In this document: piece by piece, positions 25,970 through 41,719 of the stretch | How positions within the stretch are numbered: the stretch's first letter is position 1 | Layout of the letters: each line of letters starts with the position of its first letter | Source of the DNA: the human T2T-CHM13v2.0 reference genome, Homo sapiens | DNA length: 64,000 nucleotides | NCBI RefSeq assembly: GCF_009914755.1 | Contig: NC_060932.1 | Reading direction: 5' to 3' (one strand) | Program-made: the position numbers and the translations under genes | The notes under the pieces: model-generated | The model's database searches: none | What the model was told of the DNA's origin: nothing | What the model saw: only the letters and a program-made list of their open reading frames with translations

Positions 25970-27270
25970 ATTTTTATTTTATTTTACTGGCTAGATCTTT
26001 CAGTTGAATGTTGAAGAAATAATAGCTAGAATCTGTGTCCTGTTCTTGATTTAAAAAGAAATATTTTTAAATATTGCAAAATTATAATAGTTGCTCCATA
26101 TGCTATATTTTTTGGCTGATTTCTATTACTAGCTGCACTACGTATCAAATTATTGCCTCTTCACTCCAAATACACTCTTTGTTGCCTGCCTGTGTAAATG
26201 GAAATGGGCCCTTTAAGATTTTTCCTTTGACAGCTGGCATAATGTTAAACTTTGCCAGTAGTGGGTTGTAGAGAGAGACTGCAAGAGGAAAGGGTTTTCT
26301 TTCCTGACTTTGGGGTGGTAACCATGCATGCTCTTGCTCATATGGATTGTCCACTGCCCAGCCCCTACAGCACAGGCAGCTCCTCTAGCATCTGCTCTTG
26401 AAGCACTTACAGCTTCTCCAAGATCAGGAATGGGCAGCTTCCCCAATGTCCAGCTCCTATAACACAAACTGCTTCTTCAGCACTAGGCAACCAGAGGCCA
26501 TGGAGAGTAGAAGCCACCAGTGAACAGCAGCTTCCACTGGCATCTCTCTCCTATTGTTTCATTGCACAGTTCTTCCAGGAAGATACTACTGTATGAACAG
26601 TTTTCCCTCAAAATCCCAGAGTAGGTTTCTTGCAACTTCCTGAGGGCAGATTTTCATCAAATTCCAGTGGCATGGCACCATAGTAACTTCTCTACCATCT
26701 CCCACTCCAAGAAGTTCTGGACCTGGAATGGGGAGAGGGTCTTCTTTGGGTACTGTATCTCAGCCCTAGTGGTAGTAGTGCATTTTATACTTGCTGTAGC
26801 TAATTCCTCACCCACTCTAATATCATGTTTTACTTAAAAAAATCTTTTTATTAAACTTTCCCTATTCATATTGCTGTATGGTTTTCCTTTCCTGATTAGA
26901 ACAACACTGATATACCAGGTTAAGTCATTTTTCTTATTTTGCTAAAGGTTTTATCATAAATATCATTAATGGGCACTGAACTTAAAGTCCTTTTCTCCAC
27001 AAGTTGAAATAATGATGTCTTTTAAAAAGTATGTTAATGTGGTAATGTATATTAATGTCTTTTTAATATTGAACCATCATTTCACTGCTGGAATAAATCC
27101 AATGTGGTCATGATTTTTTATGCATTGTTATCTTTGGTTTGCCAATATGTTCTTAGAACTTTTCTGTCTATGTACACACAGTTCAAGATATAATTTTCCT
27201 TTTTGTTTGTCTTTGTGTGGTATTGACGTCAGGCTTATACAAACTTCATGAAATATCTTAGAGAAAGTTA
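25970..27270 (-). mobile_element. Old L1M (ORF2 region) fragment split by an LTR
   Basis: cctgttcttgatttaaaaagaaa and ttgaaccatc...ctggaataaatccaatgtggtcatga are antisense L1 ORF2-like. Confidence 0.6.
26134..26914 (+). mobile_element. ERVL solo LTR, LTR41-like
   Basis: attattgcctcttcactccaaa...gggccctttaag...cctttgacagctggcataatgttaaactttgccagtag; ends attaaactttccct...ctgatata. Confidence 0.65.
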
Positions 27271-29339
27271 GATGATATTCTGTCATCCAATTTCCTTTCT
27301 TTTCTGGCCTTCCTTTCTCTTCTCTTGAGCAGCTGCTGTGGAACCTCCGTTCATGCTCTCCGCTTTTGCCTTAGGTCTCCATCATCTTTAATTTGAGCTA
27401 TAGCAAAGCTTTCCTCCCTTACCCACAGGATTATCCAAGTTATCTTTTCAAAACATCAGTTTCAAATAGTCCCCTGTTTTCTTACATAACAATATTCCTG
27501 AAAACTTACCAAAGGCAAATATGTGCAAGCCACCAGTGAAATTACATAAGAAAAAACTCCTGGAGTACAAAAAATTGATCCAAACTTCTAATTACCTTTC
27601 ACCTTTTAGATATTGTCTTAAAAGTTTGTAATTAGCATTTCACATATGTTCTTTGACTTTGTTCTCTTCATTCCTAATTACTCATGCAGTCAACAGGCTT
27701 AGGTTCAATGAGTAACAAATTGAAGGTTAACAGTCTCTATGTGATGATTTCCATCTTTATCTCAAAGTTTATTCAGTTCATGAGGTCTTCACTTCTCACC
27801 TATATCAGCACTTTATTTTCTGTTGGTATAATATAGGTAAAACGCAATAAAACATACAATTTAAAAATTTGTGCTAAGATGCTGACACACCTGCAAATTA
27901 CACAGCTTGCCCTACCAACAAAAACACAGGTAAATTTAGAACATAAAAGGCAATTTGAGGGTTTTCAAGCATCATGTTTGAAAGTGAGCATTCTTTGAAA
28001 ATGTTAAAATGGTCAAGGGTTCTATTTACAAAAATTTTGGTGTTTCTTCATTGCTTGAAGAGTAAATTTAAACTTCTGAACATGCCATTCAATGCTATCC
28101 CTACACCCAGCTTATTTTTCCAACTGGAATGCCCATATTTTTCATTTCCATTATCCTGTGTACCACTCACTGTTTTCAAATATACCTGGTTTCCTTGCCA
28201 TCTCCATAGTCATGACATACCATTAATCTAGTTTTACCATCTCCTCTTCTCTTCTTTTTAAATCACTTAAATTTTTCCAGGTTTTTGAAGACACTAACTC
28301 CAGTATGAATTTTCTTCCTTTCCTCTTATACAGTCAATAGACTTAGGTTCACAGGACAAGTTAATTTTTCCTCTACGTTCCTAGAATACTTATTTGTTTT
28401 GAAACAGTATCATCTGATTAGAGATAACTGTACCAGTTTGGGGCACAGCATTAATCACTTCTCCTTTTCATATTTCAATTAAATGGTTTCACTCGTTATA
28501 TAATTCTTCCAACAATTTCTTCTTATTCCCAGGGCCTACATTCTAGAATACTTCTGAGGGTAAAAGTTCTGCTAACCACTAACACTTATGCAATACTTAC
28601 AATGTATGTTTTGTATACTTGAAGCATATGGTCATAACAGCAATTCTACTGAGTACCTATTAGTATAATGCTTATTTTATATGGCAGGATACCAAGGTAC
28701 AGAAAAGTTAAGTAACTTGCTCAAGATCACACAGCAGATCTCTGTGGCTTCTATCACTCTGAGCTTTGTGGGGAGGGAAGCTGTAGGCAAAAGGTGAAGA
28801 AACTGATTGTGTGAGTTACTCTGAAAACCAGGGTGGCACAAGTACATTTGGGTCTCAGATGACATAGTGTGCCACAGAGTAAGAGACAGACTCTCTTCTC
28901 ACTTCTGAGTAGGCCTCATCCCGGCTTCAGTGCAGACAGGATTTAGGGGAAGGTGGTGGCTCAAACACCTTGAGGGTGTTCCATTTGGGCAGCTCTGGAA
29001 GCCAACATTCCTAGAACATCTATTGGCCTTCTCATGACCTGCAACAGCAGTGTTGGCACAGGAAAGCTTTCAGGCTCAGAGAACGTTGCAAAGGAAAGCA
29101 TTGGGGTAGTAAATACTGTTGGGGTGATTTATCTAGTAATGTCAAGAAATAACTGGGTGAAACTTGGCTAGACTGTAAATCCTCCATTATGAGGGACTGG
29201 GCAAAAAACACTAAGGTCTGCATTATTCCTATCAGTAAGAGTAAGATTCCAACAGTGCCTATGATTTTGAGAAGTCTAGAAACTGTTCGGGATACAAAAA
29301 TGATCTTATCTATTCCTCCACAATTAGCTTGCAAGATAT

Positions 29340-29492
29340 GCATTATCATTTCTACCACAGACATTTATGAAACTGAAACTTAGAGAAATAACATACTCAA
29401 AACCAGGACTCTTGTAAGTGGTAGAGCTAAGATACAAACCTAGCTATTTCTGACTGTGAAGCTCACGTTCTTTCCTCTGTACCATGCTGCCT
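29340..29492 (-). mobile_element. MIR SINE
   Basis: gaaactgaaacttagaga...gtaagtggtagagctaagat...taccatgctgcct. Confidence 0.7.
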
Positions 29493-31289
29493 TCCTGTAA
29501 TCACGCATTTAAAAAAAAGCACTCTATCTTCTGTTTGACAAATATAGGCAAAGCATTCCTTTCTCAGTACATGGCATTTCTCATGACCTAGAAATTAGAA
29601 TTCATCGATAATTTTGTAAAATAAACTCCCCAGTGAAGGGTTTTGTCCTCACCTAAGATAGATAAGCTTCGGTAAGCTGCTACAATGTGATGATTCTCAA
29701 TGTGGTTTTCCTTAGAGAATGTAGGTTCAGATGTAGCGATCACTTTTAATATGTGCATAAATGTGTGTATATACCACAGCTGTTCAACTATCAGTTCATA
29801 TGGTGCACAGATGAGAGGAGGCCCTCCATTTCCCACAATACACAGCCTACCTCTAAGAAGAATTAAAAAAAAATGTTTACAACAAAATGTGTTTCCCAAG
29901 ACATAATATTGCCCACAAATCTGGGCATTATTCTCTTAAGACATTCTTTGAACTCCTTCCTTTATTAAAAAAAATAAAAATAAAAATAAAATAGTGTCTC
30001 AGAAGTAAGGAGAGAGGGCACTATAATATCATTAGTAGAAACACAGCCCAAGCAGGGGATTCCTTCCACATTGAACTCGAGTCCATGTATTTCAGTTCTG
30101 ATGAAACTGCAAATTTGATTTTTTCTTATAGGAAATGTGATTTTGCATTAGATTTAATTTTGAGGAATTTATGATTCAGAAGAAACATTAGTTCAATACA
30201 TTCCAAAGAAGGGGGAAATGCCATTGCTATAGCCAAAGTTAACAGTTTCTTTGTGAACCTGAGTTCAATTTTTTACCATTATATGTAGGTCAGGAAAGCA
30301 TATTATTGATCCATTTGGACACCTCAGCCAAGGATGTGAACGTTCCCTGGGGTGAGCTAGTTTAATCTGTATTTGCTTCTGTTTTGCTCTCAGCTGGTCT
30401 GAATTGATTGGGTCAAGTTGGTGAAGTGATGGCGTCCTTCCTTCTTGGTATCTAATTCTGACCCACTGAATGTCAACAAAGTTTCAGAAGGCAACGCCCC
30501 CTTGGTGGAGCTGAGAATTTAAGTCCTCATGCTACACAATTCGTGTTTTTATTGAAATGTACAAATACAACAGATATATATGTATGTAAATGTATATTAT
30601 TAAAAACCATATTCATAAGCTGGGGCAGGGGTGATGGGAGGAGAGGAGAGAAAGCTATGTCTGGGAGTCCCAAGAGTCATTCCCTCACAGTTATGCAAAA
30701 GTTTCCAAATTAATGGCCTGAAGAAAAATCATGAATATATTTTTGCCAAGAATGTTTCCCCTAGTATTTTCGTCCCAATAAATTTTCTATGTGACTTAGA
30801 AAATGAATCCATTCCTTTCTAACATCTTTAACTTATTGATGTTCATGATTTTCTACACTTTTCGAATCAAAATGTGAAATAGAACATTTGTTCCAAAAAG
30901 ATGCACTTTGAGTTTTGTATTTGGGATCTAAGTAGGTTGTTTAGATTATTTGAGGTTTCTCTTTTAACAATTATGAATAAACTACTGTTCTAGCACAAAT
31001 ATGGATGATGAAATAAAACTTGGAAGCAAGTTCAACAATGGAATCACAATGACAACTCATAAGGGTTATACCCCATGTGAGGCCTCGGCATTTCATTGAA
31101 ATGCCTGTTGTTTCTTTAACAAACCAGGTGTCACAGCTTTTGGGACTGGTATGTGCAGGCCAAGTTACTACTGAAAGTTTAGCATAGTGTTAGAATATCT
31201 TAAAAGGAAAATTTGTTGAAACATATCTTCAAGTCAGTATTAGAATCTGAAAACCTTGCAAAATGAATACTTGTCCTATTCCCTTATGA

Positions 31290-31800
31290 AGCAATGCATT
31301 ATCTCACTATTTTCCCACTACTCTGTGCCACTCCCATCTTTAGTCAGTGAAACTTTTTGTCTTTTGAAATCCAGTTCGAAAACCACCTTCTCCACAAATT
31401 CCTCCCATATCCTCCTCTCTCTTTTAAAGTCAGTTCTCTCCTTTAAATGCCCATCTTATTTTACCTGTATCTCTCTTGAGGCAGATTTAGTCTTTATTAT
31501 GGTCACTTGCCTGCATGTCTTATTTTCCCTACTTGATTCTAAAAGCTCTTAGGGTTGGGTTCATTATCTGATTCATCTCTGAATTCTTCATAGGTACTTA
31601 GTCCTGTGTACAAGCCAGGAATAATAATAAAAAGACCTAACATTTATTGCATATTTACTATGTCCCAAGCAGTCCAGAAGGCATCATTTAATTCTTTGAA
31701 AACCATACAACATAGGTACTATTATTATTTATATGAGTATGAGACCCCAAACTTCAAGAGAGTAAGTAACTAGTAAATATTCAAACCCTGGCAGTGTGAC
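31290..31800. mobile_element. L2 (+) followed by MIR (-) fragments
   Basis: accaccttctcc...cttattttccctacttga (L2); aacatttattgcatatttactatgtccca...taggtactattatt (MIR). Confidence 0.55.
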
Positions 31801-33397
31801 TTAAAAACAAACAAACAAACAAACAAAAAAAACAAAAAAAAAAAAAGAGAGAGAAAAGGCACAAAATTTAAAAAAAAGTTTAGCAAGTAATTGACAGGAA
31901 TTACAAACCAGAGATTAAGATTATATGTTTCAATCTTCACTACAAAGACATTAAATAATCTAAACCCCACTCTCTCACCCTCTTTATTACAAAAACAACA
32001 ATTCATAGTTTCTCTATTTCTACAGTTTTCTGGTCAGTTTTGTCTTAACCTGGCAGAGCCAGAATTTAAGTCCAGGGATATTAAAATCCAAAGTCCTGTA
32101 TTAACCATTATGCTAGGGCTTTCTCACCCTTTCAGGTTTATCCTAAACTTCTGTTGTGGCCATTTCCATCGTGTTGTTCTGTTGCCCTATTGACCAAGGG
32201 CTAGTGCCTCCACCTTTAAAGCCTGCCATATATTCTTAGGCTTCTCATTTCTTCCTCCAGCCTCCTGTTTCCAAGGTCAAGGCAAGTCATCATTTTCATT
32301 CTTTCTTTGTAGGTCAAACATTTATACCTTGTAACTTTCTTGTTGCTCCTCTCTTTGCCCTTTTCAAGTTATATACTTGATTTTAATATTAAGTGACCAC
32401 CTTGAATTATTCAATTGTTGATCTAATAATTGTCCTGTGCCTTTTTTTTCTGACCACAATATTGACATGATGACACAGGCCGAATTGTTTACTCCACTGT
32501 CATGTGCATGAATACAAAAAAAACAAAGGAGCAGGTGAGAGTAGGGGAACTACCTGCCAGCTGGAACTTTAGAAAAGAATGATGTTCTGTAACCTCTGGA
32601 GCCATTGAGCACAATTGAACCTTGTCTATTTTTGGCAATATATAAAGGATAGATGTAATATTGTGGCTTCCCCCTCCGCCCCCTCCACTTTGGGGATATA
32701 TGGAACTAATCTAGTGCATAATGGTAAGCAGGCTAGTAATCTTGGTTGCATGGAACTTTGGGTTAGAGTGCAACTTAGAACTATTTTTGGCATTTTCCTC
32801 CTATCAAGATTCATATTGATACAGCAATCCTGGACACATCTTTTCTATATTCCAGTGTTTCTGTGCTTGTTCTGTATAAACAGCATGACATAATTTTTCT
32901 TATACACATGGGTTATAGATTTTATGATATGATTATGTTGAGCTTTAGTATCTATGTTTTCTTAAGTTAGCCTCTGTCAAAATACCTAGGTATAATTAAG
33001 AATTTTAACATTTGTTTGCACATACTATACAATAGTCTTTCCTTCCCCCTACTTGTACAGGTTTTTCTCTTTCATATAAATTCCCCTAACAGAAAAAATA
33101 TATATACACACACACACTAATGATAAAACACAATGTAACCCTTGTCATTACAATTATTATTACTCATTTAGGCAGAGAAATCGTCTTATCACAAGCATTG
33201 TTTTGTGACTTTTCGATTTTGAAAATTCAATTTGGCAAATTTGGTGACAAGTTTCCATAAAAGATTCACCGAATTATGTACTAAAGTCTATCTTTAATAG
33301 GCTGTTATCTTCAATCCATGTATAATTTAAATACACTCTGCATTTCCTTCTTTTGGTTTCAACTGTGTGTCTGAGCCTCAATGTTGCTCTACCTGAG

Positions 33398-33557
33398 AGC
33401 ACTCTTCAAACTTTAACGTGCACACGAATCATCGAGGGATCTCATTAACAGCCACATTCCTAGCAGTTCTGAGAGGAGGGCCAGAGATTCTGCATTTCTA
33501 CCAAGGTATCAAATGAAGCTGATGTTGCTGGTCTGTGGAAAACTCTTTGAATAGAAA
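33398..33557. mobile_element. MER5A (hAT-Charlie MITE)
   Basis: ttcaaactttaacgtgca...gattctgcatttct...gctgatgttgctggtc...ctttgaatag. Confidence 0.75.
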
Positions 33558-33699
33558 ACACCTTTATGCATAATAAGTTCTCAGTTAAACCAGTGGAAGA
33601 GGTATGCCTGATTCTTCTCTTTTCCTAAATGCAAAATAAATCAGTCATTCATTTAACAAATATTTACTGAACTCCACTCTGTACCAGATAAATCAAGTG

Positions 33700-34740
<1,041 letters not shown>

Positions 34741-36642
34741 AAAAATGGAAAGGGAATATTCTAGTTCATCTGAATCCCTCTGTTAAAAACAGAAGTAGTT
34801 TACCAATTTTTAAATAACTAGGCTATTAAAAACACACATGATTAAAATGTGCTCCAGTTTCTTAGATGTGTTAATGAGGTGTTTCAGCATCTTCCAGTTC
34901 TTCCACACCATTTATATGGTATCCATTTTTCTCTGAAATTCATGAGATGATTAATAGAGAACTTAAATTATTTGCATATTAAAAAACCCCTGCTGCATAT
35001 GTATTTGAGAAGTGTTTAATATATTGCCACATACAACCTTCTACTGCTTCATAAATTGTTTCTGATGACACATAGCTTTTGTATATGGTGAATAATTATA
35101 TTTGTTTAAGAATGCTTTGTCAAAAAGGAAGATGAATTTTCAGGAACAGTATCCCAGGAAACCCTTGTAATTTTATTATTTCGGTATTCTCGAATGGATG
35201 GCTTCATCCTTTATCTAGTTGACAAATTTCTTTTCTAATCATTTGTCAAAATATATTTCAAATCTATTTCTTAAAGTTCTGCCATCACTTTGGGACATAA
35301 AAGGAAAAGAAATGCAGGAATGCCTGACAATGGATGGCCCTTGAGCCTGCATGTCCCACTACTTTGGACCACAGGTCTAAGAGTTCTCTATGATTTCTTT
35401 AGAAAACATTATTTTATAAATATTTTTCAAGGTCTGGAAAGTTATCCTCAACTTTCTGAAATGAGTGGAGAAGCAAAAGTAATTTTGGAAAGTCCATGAG
35501 TTCTTCATTGCATAGGAAACAGGAAAATAATGCAAATTGGTGAACTGAAGTGATTCAGTTCGTGGCGTGTTTAACGTATTTTCAGAAGGCTGCTATTATT
35601 GTGTGACCCAAGAAGATCATAGGCAAAGACCTCAGTCCTCCCCAGGAGGACACATTGTGTATCTCCAAAGTGGTGATTCAGCTTTATTTTGAGCCCTGAG
35701 TGAAGTGGGGAGCATTATTCTCCTCAGGTCCACAGTGGGCTCCAGGCCAGCAGCAGCTGTCAACTCAGCAGGGTTTCAGCTCTCTGCTCAATGCAGATTG
35801 ACTTGGAGCCCTTGGCAGGGACAAGTGAGAGACGAGTGAGTGCTTACGGGAAAAAGCTTAAGTTGTCTGTTCCCTCTTCATTGCTGATGTTTTACAATCC
35901 AAGTTCTACAGTAAACATCAGGAAAAAGCTGCTCCATCCTCAGTAGAAGTGCAAACATCTATTCTCACCAGCACATTACATCAATACAGCTTAACTGAAG
36001 GTCACTGAACTCCTGAACCAACCAACAAGGTGACGGTAGGCATTTTGTCCCCACGGAGGGCATCTGACTAAGGATGACTGCAGGGTTATTCTCGGCTGCA
36101 TTCTTGCTCTGATTCTTAATGTTACTCACCTTCTCACATGTATGTCTCTAATCTTACACTGTTCTCAATGATTTCATACTATGAATATAATAAGCATTCG
36201 TTTTACTGTCTTTTGCCTTTTTCTAACAAATCTTATCCTAATTTTTGTCTTTTTAGTTAACAATTTAATGCATTTAAGATGTTTAAAATTTATCTTCTAG
36301 CAATACTCAATTTCCCAAATTACAGACAGGGTAAATAGCTAAGGTAACTAGCAGGAGTGCATCCAGAGACTCTATTAGTCCCTCTAGAGTATCTGAAGAC
36401 TTGTTTTTGTGGTATTTTGGCTATTTCCCTCTGATTTTCATTTTCTTCTTGAAGTCAGACCTCATTGTTGCATCCCCAAAGGGTCCAGGGATACACTTAA
36501 GAACAATTTCATATTGTCCACATAGATTCTGGGGAAAACCACAGGGTTTAGAAAGAGTCACAGGAAATAAGCAACTTCTCACCCTAATTCTAATACTCTC
36601 ATCTTCTTCACCATCTACATGAACCTCTCTCCTTCTTCCATC

Positions 36643-37917
36643 TTTTTTCATTGATGGATAATATTTGTACATATTTATGGGTTGCATGTAACATTTTGTT
36701 ACATGTATAGAATGTAATGATCAAGTCAGGATATTAATCATATCCATCACCATTAGCATGTATTATTTCTATGTGTTGAGAACATTTCAAGCCCTCACTT
36801 ATAGCTATTTTGAAATATATAACACATTGTTGTTAACTATATTCACCCAACTCTATTATTGAGCATCACAATTTTTTTCTTCTATTGAACTGTATGTTTG
36901 TACCCATTAACCAAACTATATTCTCCATCTTCCCACACACATACCCACATACTTGCCAGCCCCCGGTAACTGTCATTCTACTCTCTACCTCCATGAGATC
37001 CACTTTGTTAGCTCCCACATGAGTGAGTACATGCAATATTTGTCTTTCTGTATCTGGCTGATTTCACTGAACATAATGACCTCTAATTCCCTTCATGTTG
37101 CTGCAAATAACATGGTTTCTTTTTTTTATGACTAAGTCATATTTCATTCTATAAATATACCACATTTTCTTTATTCATCCGTTGATGGACACTTAGGTTA
37201 ATTACATATCTTTGCTATTGTGAATAGTGCTGCAATAAACATGGGGTATGTGTATCCCTTTGATATACAGATTTCCTTTCCTTTGTGTACTCAGTAGTGA
37301 GACTGCTGCATTGTAAGGTAGTTCTAGTTTTATTTTATTGAGAAGTCTCTATACTATTTTCCATAATGGCTGTACTAATTTTGCATTTTCACCAATAGTG
37401 TATAAGTTCCCTTTTCTCTGCATTTTTGACAGCATTTGTTATATTTTCATCTTTTTGATAATAGTCCTTGACCTAAAACTAAAAAATTACTAGAAGAAAA
37501 CACGAGAGAAATATTCTAGGACATTTATATAGGCAAAGATTTTATAAGTAAGTCCCCAAAAGCACAGACCAAAAAAAAAAAAAAAGACAAATGGGACTAT
37601 ATTAAACTAAAATGCTTTTGCACAGCAAAGGAAACAATTAACAGCGTGAAGAAACAGCCTGTTAAATGATAGAAAATGTTTGCAAAATATTCATCAGACA
37701 AGGGATTAATAGTAATAGCCAGAATACGCAAGGAACTCAAAAGCAAAAAACCAAACAACCCCATTAAAAAGTGGGCAAAGGATCCATATAGACATTTCTC
37801 AAAGGAAAATATACAAATGGCCAAAAGGTATATGAAAAATGTTCAACATCACTAATCATCAGGAAGATGCAAATCAAAACCGCAATATAGTGTTACCCCC
37901 GTTAGAATGGCTAATTA
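36643..37917 (-). mobile_element. L1MA element with 5' inversion (minus segment 36643-37467, plus segment 37468-37917)
   Basis: Both segments end at the same L1 motif (gaatggctattatcaaaaa); degenerate TSD ccttcttccatcttt (36631-36645) and cctccttctatcttt (37919-37933). Confidence 0.85.
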
Positions 37918-37953
37918 CCCTCCTTCTATCTTTCCATTTCACTATAAAAACTT

Positions 37954-38620
37954 TTCATTCTTCTATTATTTAATAACATTATTCTGAGGCTTATGTTGCA
38001 GGTGGGCTAGGCAGTAGGGAAACAATAATAAATGAGACAGAACTTTTCCCTGCCCAGCTACATTCTGGTGAGGAAAACCAACAGTAAACAAGTGAACAGT
38101 AATAACCAGGAGAGTAAAGGGTTGCTGTTACAGATAGTAATGGAGACCAGTTCCTTTCTACGTAAAATATAAACACTTTACCTAGTGTTCAGGAAGACCT
38201 TCAAGAGTTGTATTTAGGCAGAGATCTGAAGAATAAGACCACTTCAAACATGCAAAGAACCTGAGGGAAAACATTTCAGGCAGAGAGAAAGGGCAGGATC
38301 AGGAAAGAGCTTGTGTGCTTTTGAAAAGACCTTTCGAAATCCAGTGTAGCTGTGGGATAGCAGAGTTTCACCGATTGAGCTTGGTGAGTGAGACTGAGGA
38401 CAGATCACATGAGAACCCTGGAGGTATAGCAAACTCCTGAAGAACAATCTAGGCTCTTTGGGTGGAGTGACCTTGTGAGAACTGTAGTAATTGACTCTGA
38501 AACCCAAGTGATAATTCCAGGAAAATCACTGGCTTGGTAGATTATGTATAGACAAAATTGGCCTGGACCTGGGGTGGGGGTGAGGGTGAGGAAAGAAACT
38601 CAGGAAGTCCATTCTCATGA
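37954..38620 (-). mobile_element. L2 fragment
   Basis: ctacattctggtgagg, gcagagatctgaagaataag, gggaaaacatttcaggcagag. Confidence 0.65.
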
Positions 38621-39722
38621 CTATTGTTCACAGAGAAGTATCCAGAAGAATCAGCTTTTGCATTTTCAAGAGAACATTGTGGAACGTAATGTATACATTA
38701 TGTATCTCCTAGCACCGGGAGAATGTCTCACCTTTTATTTCCAGTCCATACTTCTACCCACTCACTGGGTGATATGCTTATCTGTGCATTTAAGATCTAT
38801 TTATCAGTCATCCAGGTTGACAGGGAAATGGAAAATTTTAGGGAAATTTAACTAAGCCCAGCCTACTTGAATTCAAACTAAAACCACCTCAGGAAATTTC
38901 TTTTAGTTTTTCATTTTCATGGTTATTTTCTACATGGATGTCTATTGAATTTGGACTTTGTACAATATTCCACATCTGTTAGTGTTTTACTTTTTTTTCA
39001 TTATTAATATGCTTTCATCACCTCCCTTGTTGCATTTTAAAATGTAATCATTTGATTCCTAACCACCCCTCTCCAGTTGATTTTTGTTTGAGGATTACTA
39101 TCAAGCTGTAAACTTCTGATACTTTGGTAATTGTTTTAGAAATTTAAAATACAAATGCACTTTCTGCATTATTTTCCAACAAAGCATTTTTAAAAACTTA
39201 ACTTCAAATGAAAAGTTTAACTGGCTTCTTTGAATAACAGGTTGAGCCATAGGTGAAATAATATCTTATTATTATTTGTATTTCTGTATTTCAGAGCATG
39301 TGACTCTGTGGAGACCTAGGAAGAGTTACGAATACTGGCCCCAGAGGGTGGAATAACACATGTTCTATGTCTTAGTATGAGGAACAGATCAAGCAAGTAA
39401 ACTATTCCCAGACCTTTATTACATAGCTCAGGTCTGGAATGATTATTGTGCTTCTGGCAAGACACAAAGGTGGAAAACAGACATTTAAGTAGAGTTAACA
39501 TTAAAGGAATTATTGCATTCTTTTCTGAACATAATCACCTGTAACCGAAAAAGCAATGGTTCCACATGTCATGTTCTTTATTGATTTCTGTTAGATGTTG
39601 GTACTTGTTTGACCTGAGTATAGATGTCGGAGGTTGCTAACATAGAGATAATTGAGAACTTAATACAAGTATACTTGGTTTGCCAAGTGGCTATTGATAA
39701 GAATAGAGGAGTATATTTAGAG

Positions 39723-40068
39723 CAGGGAGGGGTCCCCAACCCTGAGGCCGTGGTCCAGAGACGGTTCGTGGCCTGTTAGGAACCAGACTGCACAGCAGGA
39801 GGTGAGTGTTGGGTGAGAGAGCATTACTGCCTGAGCTCCACCTCCTGTCAGATCAGCGGTGGCATTCGATTCTCATAGGAGCGCAAACCCTATTGTGAAC
39901 TGTGCATGTGAGGGATGTAGGTTGCATGCTCCTTTTGAGAGCTAATGCCTGATGACCTGAGGTGGAACTGTTTCATCCCAAAACCGTCCCCTCTGCCACC
40001 TGTCCCTCCATAGAAAACTTGTCTTCCATGAAACCAGCTCCTGGTGCAAAAAAGGTTGGGGACGGCTG
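39723..40068 (+). mobile_element. MER1B (hAT-Charlie) non-autonomous DNA transposon
   Basis: TIRs caggg..tccccaacc and ggttggggacggctg; perfect 8-bp TSD atttagag at 39715-39722 and 40069-40076. Confidence 0.93.
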
Positions 40069-40450
40069 ATTTAGAGTATATAAAAGCTAGTATTTCAAAA
40101 AACATAAATAGCATGCTTGTGTTAAAATACATAAAATCATGCCCTCCCTCTAACACCTATATAATTTTAAATAAATTGACATCTATTTTGTTCTCTTAGT
40201 GCAAATTTGTGGAAATAATTTTGTTTAATCACTTTGTCATATATATTTCTGAATACGTGTTGTAAACCTCTTTCTCAAGACATTTCTTAATCTGAAGTCC
40301 CTATTTTCGAGCTACCATCTTAATATCTCATTATTATTATTCTTCATTAACACTTTATTTCTCTTATTGAGACTACCTGGATTTTCTGAATATATTGTTA
40401 TTGTCTAGGAAGAATTTTTCCATTATACAGCATGAGAGTCCTTTGATTAA

Positions 40451-40816
<366 letters not shown>

Positions 40817-41149
40817 CATCCTCCATCTTTTAGCATAAAACATAGCTATCTACAAGAGACAGATACTCAGAACTCCAAAGAGAAAAATCACAAACAACTC
40901 TATTCATAAAGCTCTCTGGGCTTTGATAATACAATGTGTGATAATGGGAAAGAATAAAAATAGTTATCCTACCTTTCCTGTATGAATTTTATCTTAAAAG
41001 TATCCAAATAGCTTGTGAAGGAAAGTTTTTATTTATTAACTAATTCAGGCTAGTAAATTCAAGAAACGAATTTAGAAAATCGCCTAAAACGATTCTTGCA
41101 AAAACAGAAGTGTAACTCAGGCCAAAGTGTCAAGGTATTTTATCTAGTT

Positions 41150-41385
41150 AATAACAATAATAATAATAAAATCCTGTATACAGAATTTCAAACACTACTC
41201 CAAGGTCTCCTTTAAATAAGGATGGAAATTTAGACACAGAGAGGTAAAAGAACCTGGCCATTGTCATGCAGGAAGCAAGTGGCTTTATCCATACATACCA
41301 TTATCAGAAGCTAAGTCTTGAATGCTGGTCTCTTGTCACTCTTAAGATATCAGACTGTGATTCTGGTGCTTTTTCTATGACACTC
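41150..41385 (-). mobile_element. MIR SINE
   Basis: gacacagagaggtaaaagaacctggcca...gcaagtggc. Confidence 0.55.
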
Positions 41386-41719
41386 AAAGTAGAATGTCCT
41401 TGGAACGTCCCTGAGGATCTACCAGGGAAACAAAGGCAATGAGCCATCAAATAGCTGTTGTTTTTACTTTTATTTTGCTGGAAGGAGCCTGAAAATGAAA
41501 TAGCGAGTGAAGACTCTGAGGCCTCTCTCCACAGATTGAAGTTTAGGGAAGTCCATGTCTGCAGTGGTCAGGTTCATCGATTGTCCCGTCAGTTTTAAGA
41601 AAAAACTTTGGTTCTCCATAATTAGTGGACCTGTGGGAAGAAGGACTCGGCCACAGATTCTTCCCCAGCCTTTTCCATAACTCTGTGGCTTACTGGTCAG
41701 AAAGAAGGAAAAGTATGAG

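Noticed and set aside
30495-30508. CTCF-like cgcccccttggtgg
   Set aside because: It has an extra base relative to the CCACCAGGGGGCG core and cannot be supported without ChIP data
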